A DNA stretch of 64,000 nt from Octopus bimaculoides (lineage: Eukaryota), in assembly GCF_001194135.2 (NCBI RefSeq), contig NC_068995.1, forward strand, positions 8,014,957 to 8,078,956, given 5' to 3'. Below the pieces are notes generated by a model that saw nothing but the letters and a program-made list of their open reading frames with translations, had not been told where the DNA came from and made no database searches. Position 1 is the stretch's first letter; each line of letters opens with the position of its first letter. Made by a program: the position numbers and the translations under genes. Below are positions 1 to 12,195 of the stretch, piece by piece.

Positions 1-257
1 GGTGATGGACGATAACTATCTGATACGACCACCGCAGAACTACCAGATCACTTGATTTCGCTCTCACTTGCTCTTGTCTTTGACAGACGTCCAGCTAAAC
101 ATACTAGCCGTTTCCTCCCTCAGCATTCCCGTTAAGTGAGAGATTAATATTACATTTTGTTATTAATACATTTTCTGTCGCAATTAATATTATTGTTTTT
201 TTTTTCTTAATGATCCCACTGTCTATAAACGACAAAATTGCCTGAATAAACACGTAA

Positions 258-303
258 CTGTGTGGTAAGAAGCTTGCTGTCCAACCACATGGTTCCTGGT
301 TCA
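258..303 (+). mobile_element. SINE family A 5' head fragment
   Basis: gtgtggtaagaagcttgctgtccaaccacatggttcctggttca matches the tRNA-like heads of the family A copies at 5984 and 19705. Confidence 0.6.
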
Positions 304-664
304 AACATAGACTTACTTCATATATTTCGATAGCAATTTTCTTTTAGATCTAGAGTCGCCAGCTACTAAATCTAGCATAAATATTTACACTCAATACGTG
401 GTGTACAAACTCCTGTATTCTGCGACATAGTTGATGGCCGATATCATCCGATGTCAGAACTTTAATCACGTAGACTACAAGCACGGTTGATCATACAACC
501 CCCACACAGCCACGATTGCTCACAGCCCACAAACAACCACAAAACCTCACAATTTCTCAACTGCAACATACTACACACGTAATCACACTAGTATAACAGC
601 AAAACACCAACAACAAATATAATTTTAATATATACATGTGTATATATATATACATACACACATA

Positions 665-701
<37 letters not shown>

Positions 702-1101
702 GTATGTATATATGTATGTATGTATGTATATATTGGTAGTCTCGGCATGAATCACAATCGAATAGATATGGAACTGTAAGACAAAATGGTATATACTTCA
801 ATACAAATACAAAAAATTTCTGTAACTTTAACTGGTAGATTACATGCAAATGTTTGTAGAACTAACAGAAAATAAAAATAAAAAAAAACTCGTCATGGAA
901 CGGGAAAATGTTTATCACCCTCAACAGTGTCCGATCTGTCTTGGAATTTCCCCTGGCGGAAAACGGTCTGCTGTTGTATTGGGACTAGAGTCAAATGTTC
1001 TGAGGGTATAGGACATATATAGCGACATTCAGAGATAGAGTTTTCAGAGTAGTTTGGTGAATTTCTAAATCTGTAGTACTTGAGATATCAGTTGTGTATG
1101 T

Positions 1102-1144
<43 letters not shown>

Positions 1145-1610
1145 CGTGCGTGTGTATATAATTATGTATCTCTCCCACACTCTTTAACTTTCTATGTAAT
1201 ATTAAAAATGTGCGTACATGTATTATGTGCCAATATTAATGTATGTCTATGAATGTGTATATACACCTCCACACATTTATAAAGAAAATACACACACACA
1301 CACACACACACACACACGTACGCATATATTATGAATGTACATATTTATATACATACACATATTCGGCAACATATATAAATTGCCTTACGCATATATGTGT
1401 ATATATATACATATATTTGTGTGTGCATATATATATATGCATACACACATATATACATATATAAATATATATAATTACTAAGCAACAGGTAACCGTTGAA
1501 TGAAGTTAATATAGAAGCTATAATATTACAATTTCTTTATATTTTTGATTTGTATTCATAACCTATTGATTGCAAAAAAATTGTTCATAAAATTCTTCAT
1601 AAAAAAACCG

Positions 1611-1650
<40 letters not shown>

Positions 1651-3149
1651 TATATATGTATGTATATATACACACACACACACACACTCACACACACACA
1701 CATATATATACATAGACATCTATGTAGGCCTATGTGTGCGCGTGCGTGCGTGTATATGTGTGTAGGGATGTATAACATCGTACGTATACATTCAGAAATG
1801 CCTATAGTTAAGACATTCACTAATGTTACGAAATATTACAATACAAAGTCAACCCAATTACGTGTATGTCTATATATGTGTATAACACGTATGTGTGTGT
1901 CTGTGGTATATATGGTGTATGTGTTTTTGTATGTGTGTAGATTTACTAAGCAATTAAATAGCTTTTCTATTAAGTTAACAAACTACTTTAGATTATATTT
2001 ACGTTTTTTTAATACGCAATTTTAAATGGTGTTATTGATGTTGAAAATTGTTTATTAAAAGCAGGAAACGTCAATGAAGGAACGGAAGAAACGAGGAAAG
2101 AAAGCATAGAACGGGATATAGAAAATGCAACAGAAAATTATATAGAACATATATATATACATATATATATGTGTGCGTATGTGTGTATAGGTATGAAAGA
2201 AATTACTGAACAAAAAAATGAAGGACGATAATGAGAGAGGAAAATTACATCCTTAGAAAAGAACTAAGCAAATTAAATCGTTTTATCTACCGCTTACAGA
2301 CGCCATTGCATTTTCACGTGAATGGCGTATATATAAGAGAAGCCCCATTACGGTATACTTTCTAGGTTTGGATTACATGGGAATGCCTATTCAGGCGCAG
2401 GCGCGTATGTATGTATGTATACATGTATGTTTGTATGAATATGTCTGCTTGAATTTGTGCGTGTTTGTGTGTAAAATTGAAATCCATGAAAAAATATTTT
2501 CGAACAGAATAAAAAAGTAAAACTGGAGAAAGAAAATATTTGGAAATAAATGAATAAGTTATTCGTTTCTGTAAAATTAGGATTAAAAGTCCACATTGTT
2601 ATTGTTATGTTTTTAATTTTTGTCCCCTTTTTTATTTTCTCGGTGTCCCAAAATTGAAAACTAACATCAGCTAATAAAGTAATAATAATAATAAATCAAT
2701 AATAATTATACTAGTATAACAACAACAAAACACCAACAACAAATATAATATTAATAACCAGAATAATAATGATAATAAGGATAACAATAATAATAATAAT
2801 GATAATAATAACAGGCAACGAAAATGCCTTATGTGTATGCAATTTTCAGTTTTTACGAAGCATAATGTTTGTATTTTTATAAATATAGTTTTTGTTCCAA
2901 AATATTGCTTACCCTTATTTCAAAAAAGAAAAAAGAACTAATTGATAACAGGAAAGTGTTCTTATACGAACAAAAGAGAAAAAAAAATCTGTAAACGGAT
3001 TTCGTTTTTAAATTGTGTATATTTTTTAGTTTGTGTGCTTGGCGTTGGGTATTCATAATTTATTGCGCATGACTAAAGTTCTATATAACTTTCTCATTCT
3101 TTGTTTCGTCTACAACTTGCATTCATCCCGAACTTATGGGAACTTCAAT

Positions 3150-3192
<43 letters not shown>

Positions 3193-4709
3193 CTGTGAGT
3201 GTGTGTGTGTGTGAGCAAGTGAGTGATGAGTATGTGTGTAAATGAACAAGTGTGTGTATTTATTTGTGTGTCTGTGTACATATATGTATAGGTATATGTA
3301 TAGACCATAATTTTGTGGAAAGATCTGCCGAAAGTTTTAATAGGGTTACGTTTTTTCACTGCCTATTTTATGTTTACAGAGATTTCCTCTTGAAAATCTT
3401 GACAGGAAACCTACGAACTTTATTGAAAAATGTAGCCCTGCATCTTTTACTGATTAGAATATTAATTGGAACAATGATGTTAATTAGTCCAGTATTTAGT
3501 TTAATATAGCTTGTTAACATATCTATTTCGTGTTTGGTTCAGAATTCTTTAATAAATAATGCAAAAATTATGAAAATCTACTGGGAACAACCAACACCTT
3601 GTAGCAATTTATTTCCATTTTCGTTGACCGTTTAAAATTATCTATTTTTTCTGTCTCATTTTGGTGTTGGCGGGTTCTGAGCACAAGACTACTTGAAAAA
3701 AACTATGTGAAACAATATCTCTGCACGAATTTATATGTAAATATAACAATTGAGCTCAATATGGGTATTGTGAGATGATACTGTGAGCGATAATTGTCTT
3801 CTCAATTTCTGTACCTTGTAGTACTACCGACGACCACTTTCTCGTCGTTTCAATTCTAAGATCAGGTGGAAGCTTCTCGTGTTTCAGCTATGCACTTCAA
3901 TTCACATTGTTACAGTTTATTCAGCTGAAATTTAGTATCAGCTGAGTCCTGCTGTAGTTTTCTCTCCTGGGCGTGCCACTGAGTCAAAGGCTGGGACTGA
4001 CGACGTAGAGTTTATATTTGCTCACGTCTCTACGATGAAAGAATGCATGGTATATTTTACCAAATCATTATTTTCCACGGGTAACACCCGGTTCTCTCTT
4101 GTCATTGGATTTTAGTCGTAGAATGGGTCATGTCCTAAAGCCAGCACAGGCGAGTATCGCTGATGAAATTAACATGATCTAGGCCCAGTAACCTAGATAG
4201 ACAGATAGATAGATAAAGAGAATGAGAGAAAGGGAGAGAGAGAGGACCCCAGCAATTCCCTCTCTCTCTCTCTCTCTCCATCAATAAATCGGTTTCTTTG
4301 CGCTGTGAGATTGCCAGTAGAATGCCACTCTCAGAGATACTTACTCATAGGAAAAGAAACAAATGCTACGGGAACCATGAAATGTTCGAAACGAAAACAA
4401 AGGAGAACGATATTTCCAAATGTTCTCTACATAATTTTGATCCTATCCTATGACTCATTATGAAACGAGTGTTGTCATCATTACTGATTCACTCCTAAAT
4501 CATCCTCTGCTCTTCGGTCTTCGTCATTTTTAAGCATAGTTTAACAGGGAATACATTATCTGATGTGCATTTTCAGGCATGTGTTATAAAGCCGCGCGTG
4601 ATGAAAGGATTGTTTATCTGTTATATGAATCAGATGAATATGGTACTTAAGTTTAGGCACCAGAATGAAGTATGGTATCATCCATACAGTTTCAAAATAA
4701 GGTGATTAA

Positions 4710-4852
4710 AGTCAAAATAGGCAACAAGGATATCCAAAGTTAATGCAATACGATCGTTTCACGCTACTCCATTTAATTAAGTGATGTGAGCATTATATCA
4801 AATGTAAAACGATCGTACTGCATTAAATTTGGATATCCTTGTTGCTTATTTT

Positions 4853-4856
<4 letters not shown>
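4710..4856. mobile_element. MITE-like fold-back element, 50-bp terminal inverted repeats, right end abutting (TA)n
   Basis: 4710-4759 is the reverse complement of 4807-4856 with 3 mismatches; 47-bp spacer; (TA)n starts immediately after 4856. Confidence 0.75.
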
Positions 4857-4893
<37 letters not shown>

Positions 4894-5080
4894 ACATGTG
4901 CAACTAGGAGTGAGACACGGTGCTTTTTTTCTATTTATTTTCCTGTCTCCATCCGTTTTCTCCTTTCATTCCCCTCTGTAAGTTCGAAACGACAAAGACA
5001 TTTTTCCTGAGCATCAAACTAATACATCTAGATTGTTGTACCCCCACCTGTCTCTGTATTTTGTACAATTTTGAACCATA

Positions 5081-5145
<65 letters not shown>

Positions 5146-5509
5146 NNNNNNNNNNNNNNNNNNNNNNNNNNNNNNNNNNNNNNNNNNNNNNNNNNNNNNN
5201 NNNNNNNNNNNNNNNNNNNNNNNNNNNNNNNNNNNNNNNNNNNNNNNNNNNNNNNNNNNNNNNNNNNNNNNNNNNNNNNNNNNNNNNNNNNNNNNNNNNN
5301 NNNNNNNNNNNNNNNNNNNNNNNNNNNNNNNNNNNNNNNNNNNNNNNNNNNNNNNNNNNNNNNNNNNNNNNNNNNNNNNNNNNNNNNNNNNNNNNNNNNN
5401 NNNNNNNNNNNNNNNNNNNNNNNNNNNNNNNNNNNNNNNNNNNNNNNNNNNNNNNNNNNNNNNNNNNNNNNNNNNNNNNNNNNNNNNNNNNNNNNNNNNN
5501 NNNNNNNNN

Positions 5510-5555
<46 letters not shown>

Positions 5556-5556
5556 C

Positions 5557-5590
<34 letters not shown>

Positions 5591-5983
5591 GTATGCATGT
5601 ATTGTACATATACAGGTATAAAGAAGCGACTAGCTATCTGACTAATAATCTAAACATGTACACACATCGAAACACACAAACAAAATTTAAACAAATCGAA
5701 CCCATGCAAAGGGCGATACGTTCTTCGAAGCAATTTCTTTTATATTTTGTCATTTAATTAATTTCTACCAAAGCTACAATTCACAAATAAATGAATAAAT
5801 AACATATAATATAAAATAAAAAAACCAAAAACAACATAGAATGTTATTTTCCTGAGAAAAAAAAATAAAACTGTTGTGTTGAAATAAGAAAATAACTCTG
5901 AGAATCTCGTCTTAACGTTGAAAGTTCACGGAAACTATAAAATAAAAGTTGAGTTTCGTTACTTGGCGCAATGATTATGAGCA

Positions 5984-6496
5984 GGCGCAGACATGATTGT
6001 GTGGCGAGAAGTTTCTTTCCCAACCGTATGTTTCCGGTTTCAGTCTCACCGTGTGACACCATGGGTATGTATCTTTTACTATAGCATCGGTCGACCAAAG
6101 CATTGTGAATGGACTTGGGAAACGGAAACTGACGGACGCCCGTCGTACACACCCCTCCCCCCCACACCGACACTCACACACATATATATAGATATATATA
6201 CGTCGTGTATGTATATATATATATATGTGTGTGTATGTATGTGTGTGTGTATGTATGTATGTATGTATGTATGTGTGTGCTTGTGTGTNNNNNNNNNNNN
6301 NNNNNNNNNNNNNNNNNNNNNNNNNNCCACCACCACCGCTTGTCAACCGGGGTTGGTGCATTTACGTCTCCGTAACTTAGCGATTCGGCTGAAAATGACC
6401 GATAGAATAAGTATTGGTGTCGATCCCGTCGACTAAAACTTCTTCAAGGCAGTGCCCCAGCATGACCGCAGTCTAATGACTGAAACAAATAAAAGA
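5984..6496 (+). mobile_element. SINE family A, near full length (tRNA-like head, CORE-like segment, internal microsatellite, tail)
   Basis: head gtgtggcgagaag..., ggtcgaccaaagcattgtgaatgg, central (TA/GT)n with a gap, tail ccagcatgaccgcagtctaatgactgaaacaaataaaaga; colinear with other copies in the window. Confidence 0.85.
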
Positions 6497-6657
6497 TTAA
6501 GCATATATTAAATACTAATCAGCGCTATCTAATGATATGTAGCTCTCGTATACAGCTAGTTATACCAGAGAACCAAACATTATGCAACCCGAAATCAGTG
6601 ACTGGCTATCTACAAAATATGAACTGTGAACACTTCGACCCAAAGATCAACTGTATA

Positions 6658-6880
6658 TACGGGGCTGGGGGTCAATGAAAATTTCCTGGCTCTAAGGATA
6701 TCGTAAAAAGCCTGGCTGTTGGCCCAACCTTCCACGTTCTTTTACAAAGTTTAGGAAAACTGAAGAACAGCTGCAATAAGTGTGTGAATCTGAGAGGAGA
6801 ATATGTTGAATAAGATCATAATTAACTGATCCTCCTGTATTTTCTTTTGCCTAAAGAACCCTTCATATATTCCCAGCTTA
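6658..6880 (+). mobile_element. mariner-derived mini-element retaining the transposase C-terminus
   Basis: conceptual translation KAWLLAQPSTFFYK/(frameshift)/LGKLKNSCNKCVNLRGEYVE* ends at 6813 and matches the mariner C-terminal pattern (WL..QP..F...G..KL..RW.KC....G.YVE*); ta-cggggctg... start resembles a mariner TIR. Confidence 0.75.
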
Positions 6881-6986
6881 CAGTTTTAGAATTATTGATA
6901 AGTTATGTATGTAATCTTATATGTCCTTGCGGCAGATTTAATCGATTCTAAAAAAATGTTTCTTTTCTATCCTCGTACGTTATTTC

Positions 6987-7230
6987 GTGGAGGCGCAATG
7001 GCCCAGTGTTTAGGGCAGCGGACTCGCGGTCATAGGATCACGGTTTCGATTCCCAGACCGGGCGTTGTGAGTGTTTATTGAGCGAAAACACCTAAAGCTC
7101 CACGAGGCTCCGGCAGGGGATGGTGGCGAACCCTGCTGTACTCTTTCACCACAACTTTCTCTCACTCTTTCTTCCTGTTTCTGTTGTGCCTGTATTCCAA
7201 AGGGCTAGCCTTGTCACACTCTGTGTCACG
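6987..7230 (+). mobile_element. tRNA-derived SINE, family C
   Basis: A-box-like tggcccagtgtttagg and B-box-like ggtttcgattccc; 3' part agggctagccttgtcacactctgtgtcac is shared with the family D copy at 11755-12069. Confidence 0.75.
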
Positions 7231-7251
7231 TACAACATCCAACTAAATAAT

Positions 7252-7700
7252 AGGCGCATGGCTAGTTGTGTAGTAAAAAGTTTGATTCCTGACCACGTTT
7301 CCGAATTCCGTCCCACTGCGTGGCATCTCGGACATGTCTTGAACTATAGCCCTCGGCCGACCGAAGCATTGTGAGTGGATTTGGTTGACGGAAACTGAAA
7401 GAAGCCCGTCGTATATACGCATACGTGTGTGTATGGGTATGTGTGTGTCAGTATGTGTATGTTTGTGTCTATGTTTCCGCCCTTCCTAACCACAGCTTGA
7501 CAACCGTTGTTGGTGTGTTTATGTCCTATGTTAACATAGTGGTTCGGCAAAAATGAATAGAATTAGTATCATCCTTTAAACAAAAAAAAAAAAAANNNNN
7601 NNNNNAAAAAAAAAAAAAAGTACCGGGGTCAATTCTTCCGACTAAGACCCTTTAAGTCTTTACCCCTGGATTGCCGCAATCTAGTGACTAACACAAGCGA
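7252..7700 (+). mobile_element. SINE family A, diverged
   Basis: cccactgcgtggca, cggccgaccgaagcattgtgagtggatttgg, gaaactgaaagaagcccgtcg, internal (GT)n. Confidence 0.8.
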
Positions 7701-8350
7701 AAAAAAAAATGATAAATTAATAATCAAAATGAATAGTAAAATAAACAAATAACTATATATATATATATAAAATGGTTGACAACAGCTCGAGCATACACAA
7801 CACAACTGGGTTTATTAACTACCTTGTTCTCCTTTGAAACCTGGGAAACCAATTAATCCGCGGTTGCCCTCTTTACCTTTCTCTCCTTTCTGTCCCGGTT
7901 CACCTGAAGTTAGTGGATTTGGCCATGCAAGGGCAGAAGAGAAAGAAGAAAGAAAGAAACAGAGTTTTAGTTAGGGTTAGTAAAATCAGCATGCTTAACA
8001 GCTGTAGGAATTGTTAGAAGTATTAGGATTAAAGGAACAAGATTAATGTTAAATGTTGAGAAATGCTTGGTTAGAAATTGCATCACAGAATCTATGTAAG
8101 CCAATATATTATATACATCAATACAATAATTTGAAAATAACAATCAGAATTCTGCGTCAGAAAATGACTAATCGTTAAAGAGCCATATTTATTTTGCTTT
8201 ACTTTTTGTTGAGGAAAGGGTGACTAAATATTATATATTATGTCTTATTAGACGTTTAATAGATATCGCTTGGAACAGAATCAAACAGCAATATGTTAAG
8301 TAGATCTCTCTTTTTATCATTTCATTTTTGATGTACTCAAACAAAAGTGA

Positions 8351-8395
<45 letters not shown>

Positions 8396-9289
8396 CACAC
8401 ACACGCACACACACACGTATACTTCTATATGTATCAATGAATGTGTGTGCATGTGTATATTTGCATGTGTGTATGCGTGTATGTTTGTAAGTATGTGTGT
8501 GTGTGTGTGTGTGTGCTGTGTATTTGAATAAATAACTATGCCAGTCCTCATACGTGAGGGGCAAGGGCCTAAGACCCAGCTTACACTCCGAGCGGAAAAT
8601 TTCACGCTCAGTACTCGGGGCCGTCACTTCAGTTTCGTCTATATCACCAATGTACACATTTCCCGTTCTCCCATTTTCGATAATGTGTATAGAGATGCCG
8701 AGCGCTGATAGCGTAGGCAAAATATACTAATGTTCCCCTCTAAATCTTGTCACCAAGTTTCTTCCACACACACTTTCTCCAACATTGAATCCGTGTTGCC
8801 TTCTTGTCTACAGAACCCGCATTTAGAACGTCGTCTACAGCAATCCCAATTTCCTCTTAATATAGAATCACCTTGATTAAAATACAAATTGTCCTAAATA
8901 CTTCCACAGAGTATTTATCAAAGTATCATTAAAATCTGCGAGAGATTTTGGATTGTGTGCCACAAGGGAGATTACTTTTATCTCTTACAGTGATACACAT
9001 TTCAAAATCCTTAAAATGTAACCTAAAGTAATCTCCCTTGTGGATCACACGCCAAAGCAACACCTCAGTGTGTTTTGTTTTTTTTTCCCTTCTAAATGTG
9101 AATCAGCAACAGATGGGAATGAAGATTACCGTTATTCTCCGCTCAAGAAATACGGCGGTAATCGAACACAAAACAGCAAAGTAGCATCGAAGAGAAATTG
9201 GTCTCCATATGTCTCTGCACATCAATAAATGTTAGTGCTACTACTGCTTTCGCAGCAGCAGCATTAGTAGTTGTTTTTGTTGATGTTGC

Positions 9290-9335
9290 AGCCGGTTTTG
9301 TCGAAGTAGTAGTGGTGGAACTGACAATAATGGTA

Positions 9336-9392
<57 letters not shown>

Positions 9393-9510
9393 ATAGTAGT
9401 GGTGGTGGTAGTGGTAGTAGAAGTAGTGGTGGTGGTGGTGGTAGTGATGGTGGTAGTAGTAGTAGTTGCTCTTGTCGATGTTGTTGCTGTTGTGGTGGTA
9501 CTGGTAGCTG
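9290..9510. repeat. (GTA/GTG)n trinucleotide low-complexity tract
   Basis: visible repeat; source of the poly-T/poly-V ORFs at 9143-9719. Confidence 0.95.
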
Positions 9511-10218
9511 TTGAACTGTATTGCCGCTTTATAAGCAACGAGGAAAAAAAAGTATCACAGAAAATGATTGAGGACCGATGGTTATGCTTGTTCCTTGCTT
9601 TTAGCATGTCTTGGAGACAACAATACAGCCGAGTAGTTTCCTATTGTCATGTATCTACATTAGTTATGAAAGAATTCGCCCGAAGTTACAAAAATCTATT
9701 CCAGTATAGAATCCTCTAGATTCCTGCAACAGTAAGCATTACAATTTCATTGTGTGCGTAGTTAGATAAAGGTGAATTAAGTCGTTTGAGAGATAAATAA
9801 GTTGGTTGCTTGAGGGATAAGTAAATGGAAAAGTGAAGAATGGTAAAGAAGGTCAACCTCTATGAGAAGAATTCGTCTTGTCTGTTGAAATCGTTAGTTC
9901 GTAAAATTAACATTTTAGTTTAGATTCAAAGTTGAATTGAAGTGATATTAACACTGACAGTATGCTCTGCTTCGGTTAGTAAATATATACAAATTGTTTG
10001 TTAGATAAAGTGCAACATACCTCGGTGGCTATATATCATGTTATAATTTTACCACGTATACCTTCTTTCGAAATCCTACAACTATTTTATTGTGGGTAAC
10101 TTCCGTGAATTTCAGTCGATTACGATTAAACGCTCATCACCAAAACCGACGGAGTACCAATTAATTTTACTTCAATTTATTGAAACCGGATACAATTGCT
10201 CCTACGTTGTATATTTAT

Positions 10219-10810
10219 TTTTTTATTGCCCACAAGGGGCTAAACAAAGAGGAGACAAACAAGGACAGACAAACAAGGACAGACATCGACCCTAGTACGT
10301 AACTGGTGCTTATTTAATCGACCCCGAAGGGATGAAAGGCAAAGTCAACCTAGGCGGAATTTGAACTCAGAACGTAAAGACAGACGAAATACCGCTAAGC
10401 ATTCCGCCCGATTCTTATTTCTTTATTGCCCACAAGTGGCTAAACATAGAGGGGACAAACAAGGACAGACAAAGGGATTAAGTCGATTACATCGACCTCA
10501 GTGCGTAACTGGTGCTTAATTTATCGACCTCAAAAGAATGAAAGGCAAAGTCGACCTCGGTGGAATTATAACTCAGAACGTAACGGCAGACGAAATACCG
10601 CTAAGCGTTTCGCCCGGCGTGCTAACGTTTCTTATTTCTTTATTGCCCACAAGGGGATAAATATAGAGGGGACAAACAAGGACAGACAAAGTGCGTAACT
10701 GGTACTTAATTTATCGACCCCGAAAGGATGAAAGGCAAAGTCGACTTCGGCGGAATTTGAACTCAGAATGTAGCGGTAGACGTGCTAACGTTTCTGCCAG
10801 CTCGTCGCCT
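10219..10810 (-). mobile_element. SINE family B head-to-tail trimer flanked by a 19-bp target-site duplication
   Basis: three units (about 10219-10410, 10411-10630, 10631-10810); flanks tcctacgttgtatatttat (10200-10218) and tcctacgttgtgtatttat (10811-10829). Confidence 0.9.
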
Positions 10811-11297
10811 TCCTACGTTGTGTATTTATCATCAGGCAGGAGGATTAGATGTATAGTTCTTTGTAGGTCACTCTGAGGAAGCCACTTCTGAGCAAATGTT
10901 TCTACTAGCACTTTCCTGATTCCATACGACGATAGTACAATTCCGTGCTGTAGACTGTGGCAGCTGTTAGGAATTAGCAAGTATTCAAGACTAGTCTGAA
11001 TATCTTTCAGATATTCCGAAGGAGATCGGAAATATGGTAGATAATCAGAGTTGATATTAAACACTACAAAAACCAATGTGAGATATAAAAGGGACCGAGT
11101 TAGGAGACCGAAACCATATCTATTGCTTACAGAACAATTTTTTTACTGAAATCACTGAGCTGAGGAGTTTGAGTTTATTATAGAGCAGATCTGACCAGTG
11201 AGACTTGATTGAATGAGATACGACGTGTGGTGGTGTGTTGTGTTCACTGACTACCGACAAAATGTTTCTCTCCACATATCTTGGTGTAGAAAAGATA

Positions 11298-11359
<62 letters not shown>

Positions 11360-11369
11360 NNNNNNNNNN

Positions 11370-11455
11370 CAGCAAAAGAAATCGAGAGAATAAGTACTAA
11401 GTTTACAAAGAATAAGTCCTGGGGTCGATTTGCTCGACCAAATACGGTGCTCTGG
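11370..11455 (+). mobile_element. SINE family A 3' fragment
   Basis: gagaataagtactaagtttacaaagaataagtcctggggtcgatttgctcgac, following a (GT)n tract and a gap. Confidence 0.7.
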
Positions 11456-11754
11456 TCAAAATAACTTTAATTACACAGGACTATACGCGTATTAAATTGA
11501 GGTGAACATTGATCATTGTCAAAATCAAACTACGCCCGGGGCCTCAATCCAAAATGAATGATATATCCATGTTTTTATAATTTCTCGGGAGCCCTACACC
11601 TCGTAAGGTTTCCTTAGAACTTCACCGCAATACAAACACTCACCCAGAACGAACAGCTGGTCATTTGTCGCGTTCGAAGCCACCATTTTTGCATGGGAAG
11701 CGTCAAGTCGATATTATTGACCCCAATATTTGATTTGAATGATACTTTATTAAA

Positions 11755-12069
11755 AAAGGGAGCACTCTGGATTATGACGACGAGGACCCTTGCTGATACG
11801 ATCAACTGAACAGCCTGTTCCTGAAATTAATGTGAATGTGGCTGAGCAATCCACAGACACGTGTTCTCCTACCGCAGTTCTCAGGGAGATTCAGAGTGAC
11901 ACAGTGTGACAAAGCTGGCCCTTTCAAATACAGGTGCAAGTGGTCTTTGCCAGCTGAGTGAACAGGAGCAACGTGAAATAAAGTGTCTTGCTCAAGGACA
12001 ACACGTTGGCGGGAATTGAACTCACGACCTCGTAAGTCGATTGTGCTAACCACTAAGCCACGCGTCTTC
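11755..12069 (-). mobile_element. tRNA-derived SINE, family D
   Basis: minus-strand head cgtggcttagtggttagc...gagttcaattccc (A and B boxes), then ccttgagcaagacactttatttcacgttgctcc; 3' part shared with 17325-17470. Confidence 0.8.
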
Positions 12070-12077
12070 CCCTACTT

Positions 12078-12195
12078 TATTATATCGATGCTGAAGAGAT
12101 GAAAGACAAAGTTAACCTCAGCATGATTAGTATTCACAATGTAAAGAGCCGGAAGAAATGCCACTAATGATATTGTCCGGCGTGTTAATGATTCT
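12078..12195 (-). mobile_element. degenerate SINE family B fragment
   Basis: gatgaaagacaaagttaacctc...ccggcgtgttaatgattc resembles the family B core and head. Confidence 0.55.

Noticed and set aside
100-112. 11-mer gaaacggctag shared (inverted) with 38517-38527
   Set aside because: Many 11-mer coincidences are expected in a window this size
2300-2328. 8-bp hairpin with CACGTG in the loop followed by TATATAAG
   Set aside because: Short stems and these words are expected by chance in 64 kb; the same holds for the 9-bp hairpin at 57893-57916 and those near 26985 and 52540
6987-7060. tRNA gene
   Set aside because: The A/B boxes continue directly into a SINE body and no complete cloverleaf could be supported; the same applies to the other SINE heads
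10211-10810. Regularly spaced repeats resembling a CRISPR array
   Set aside because: The units are ~200-bp SINE copies with no unique spacers, in eukaryotic context with no cas genes
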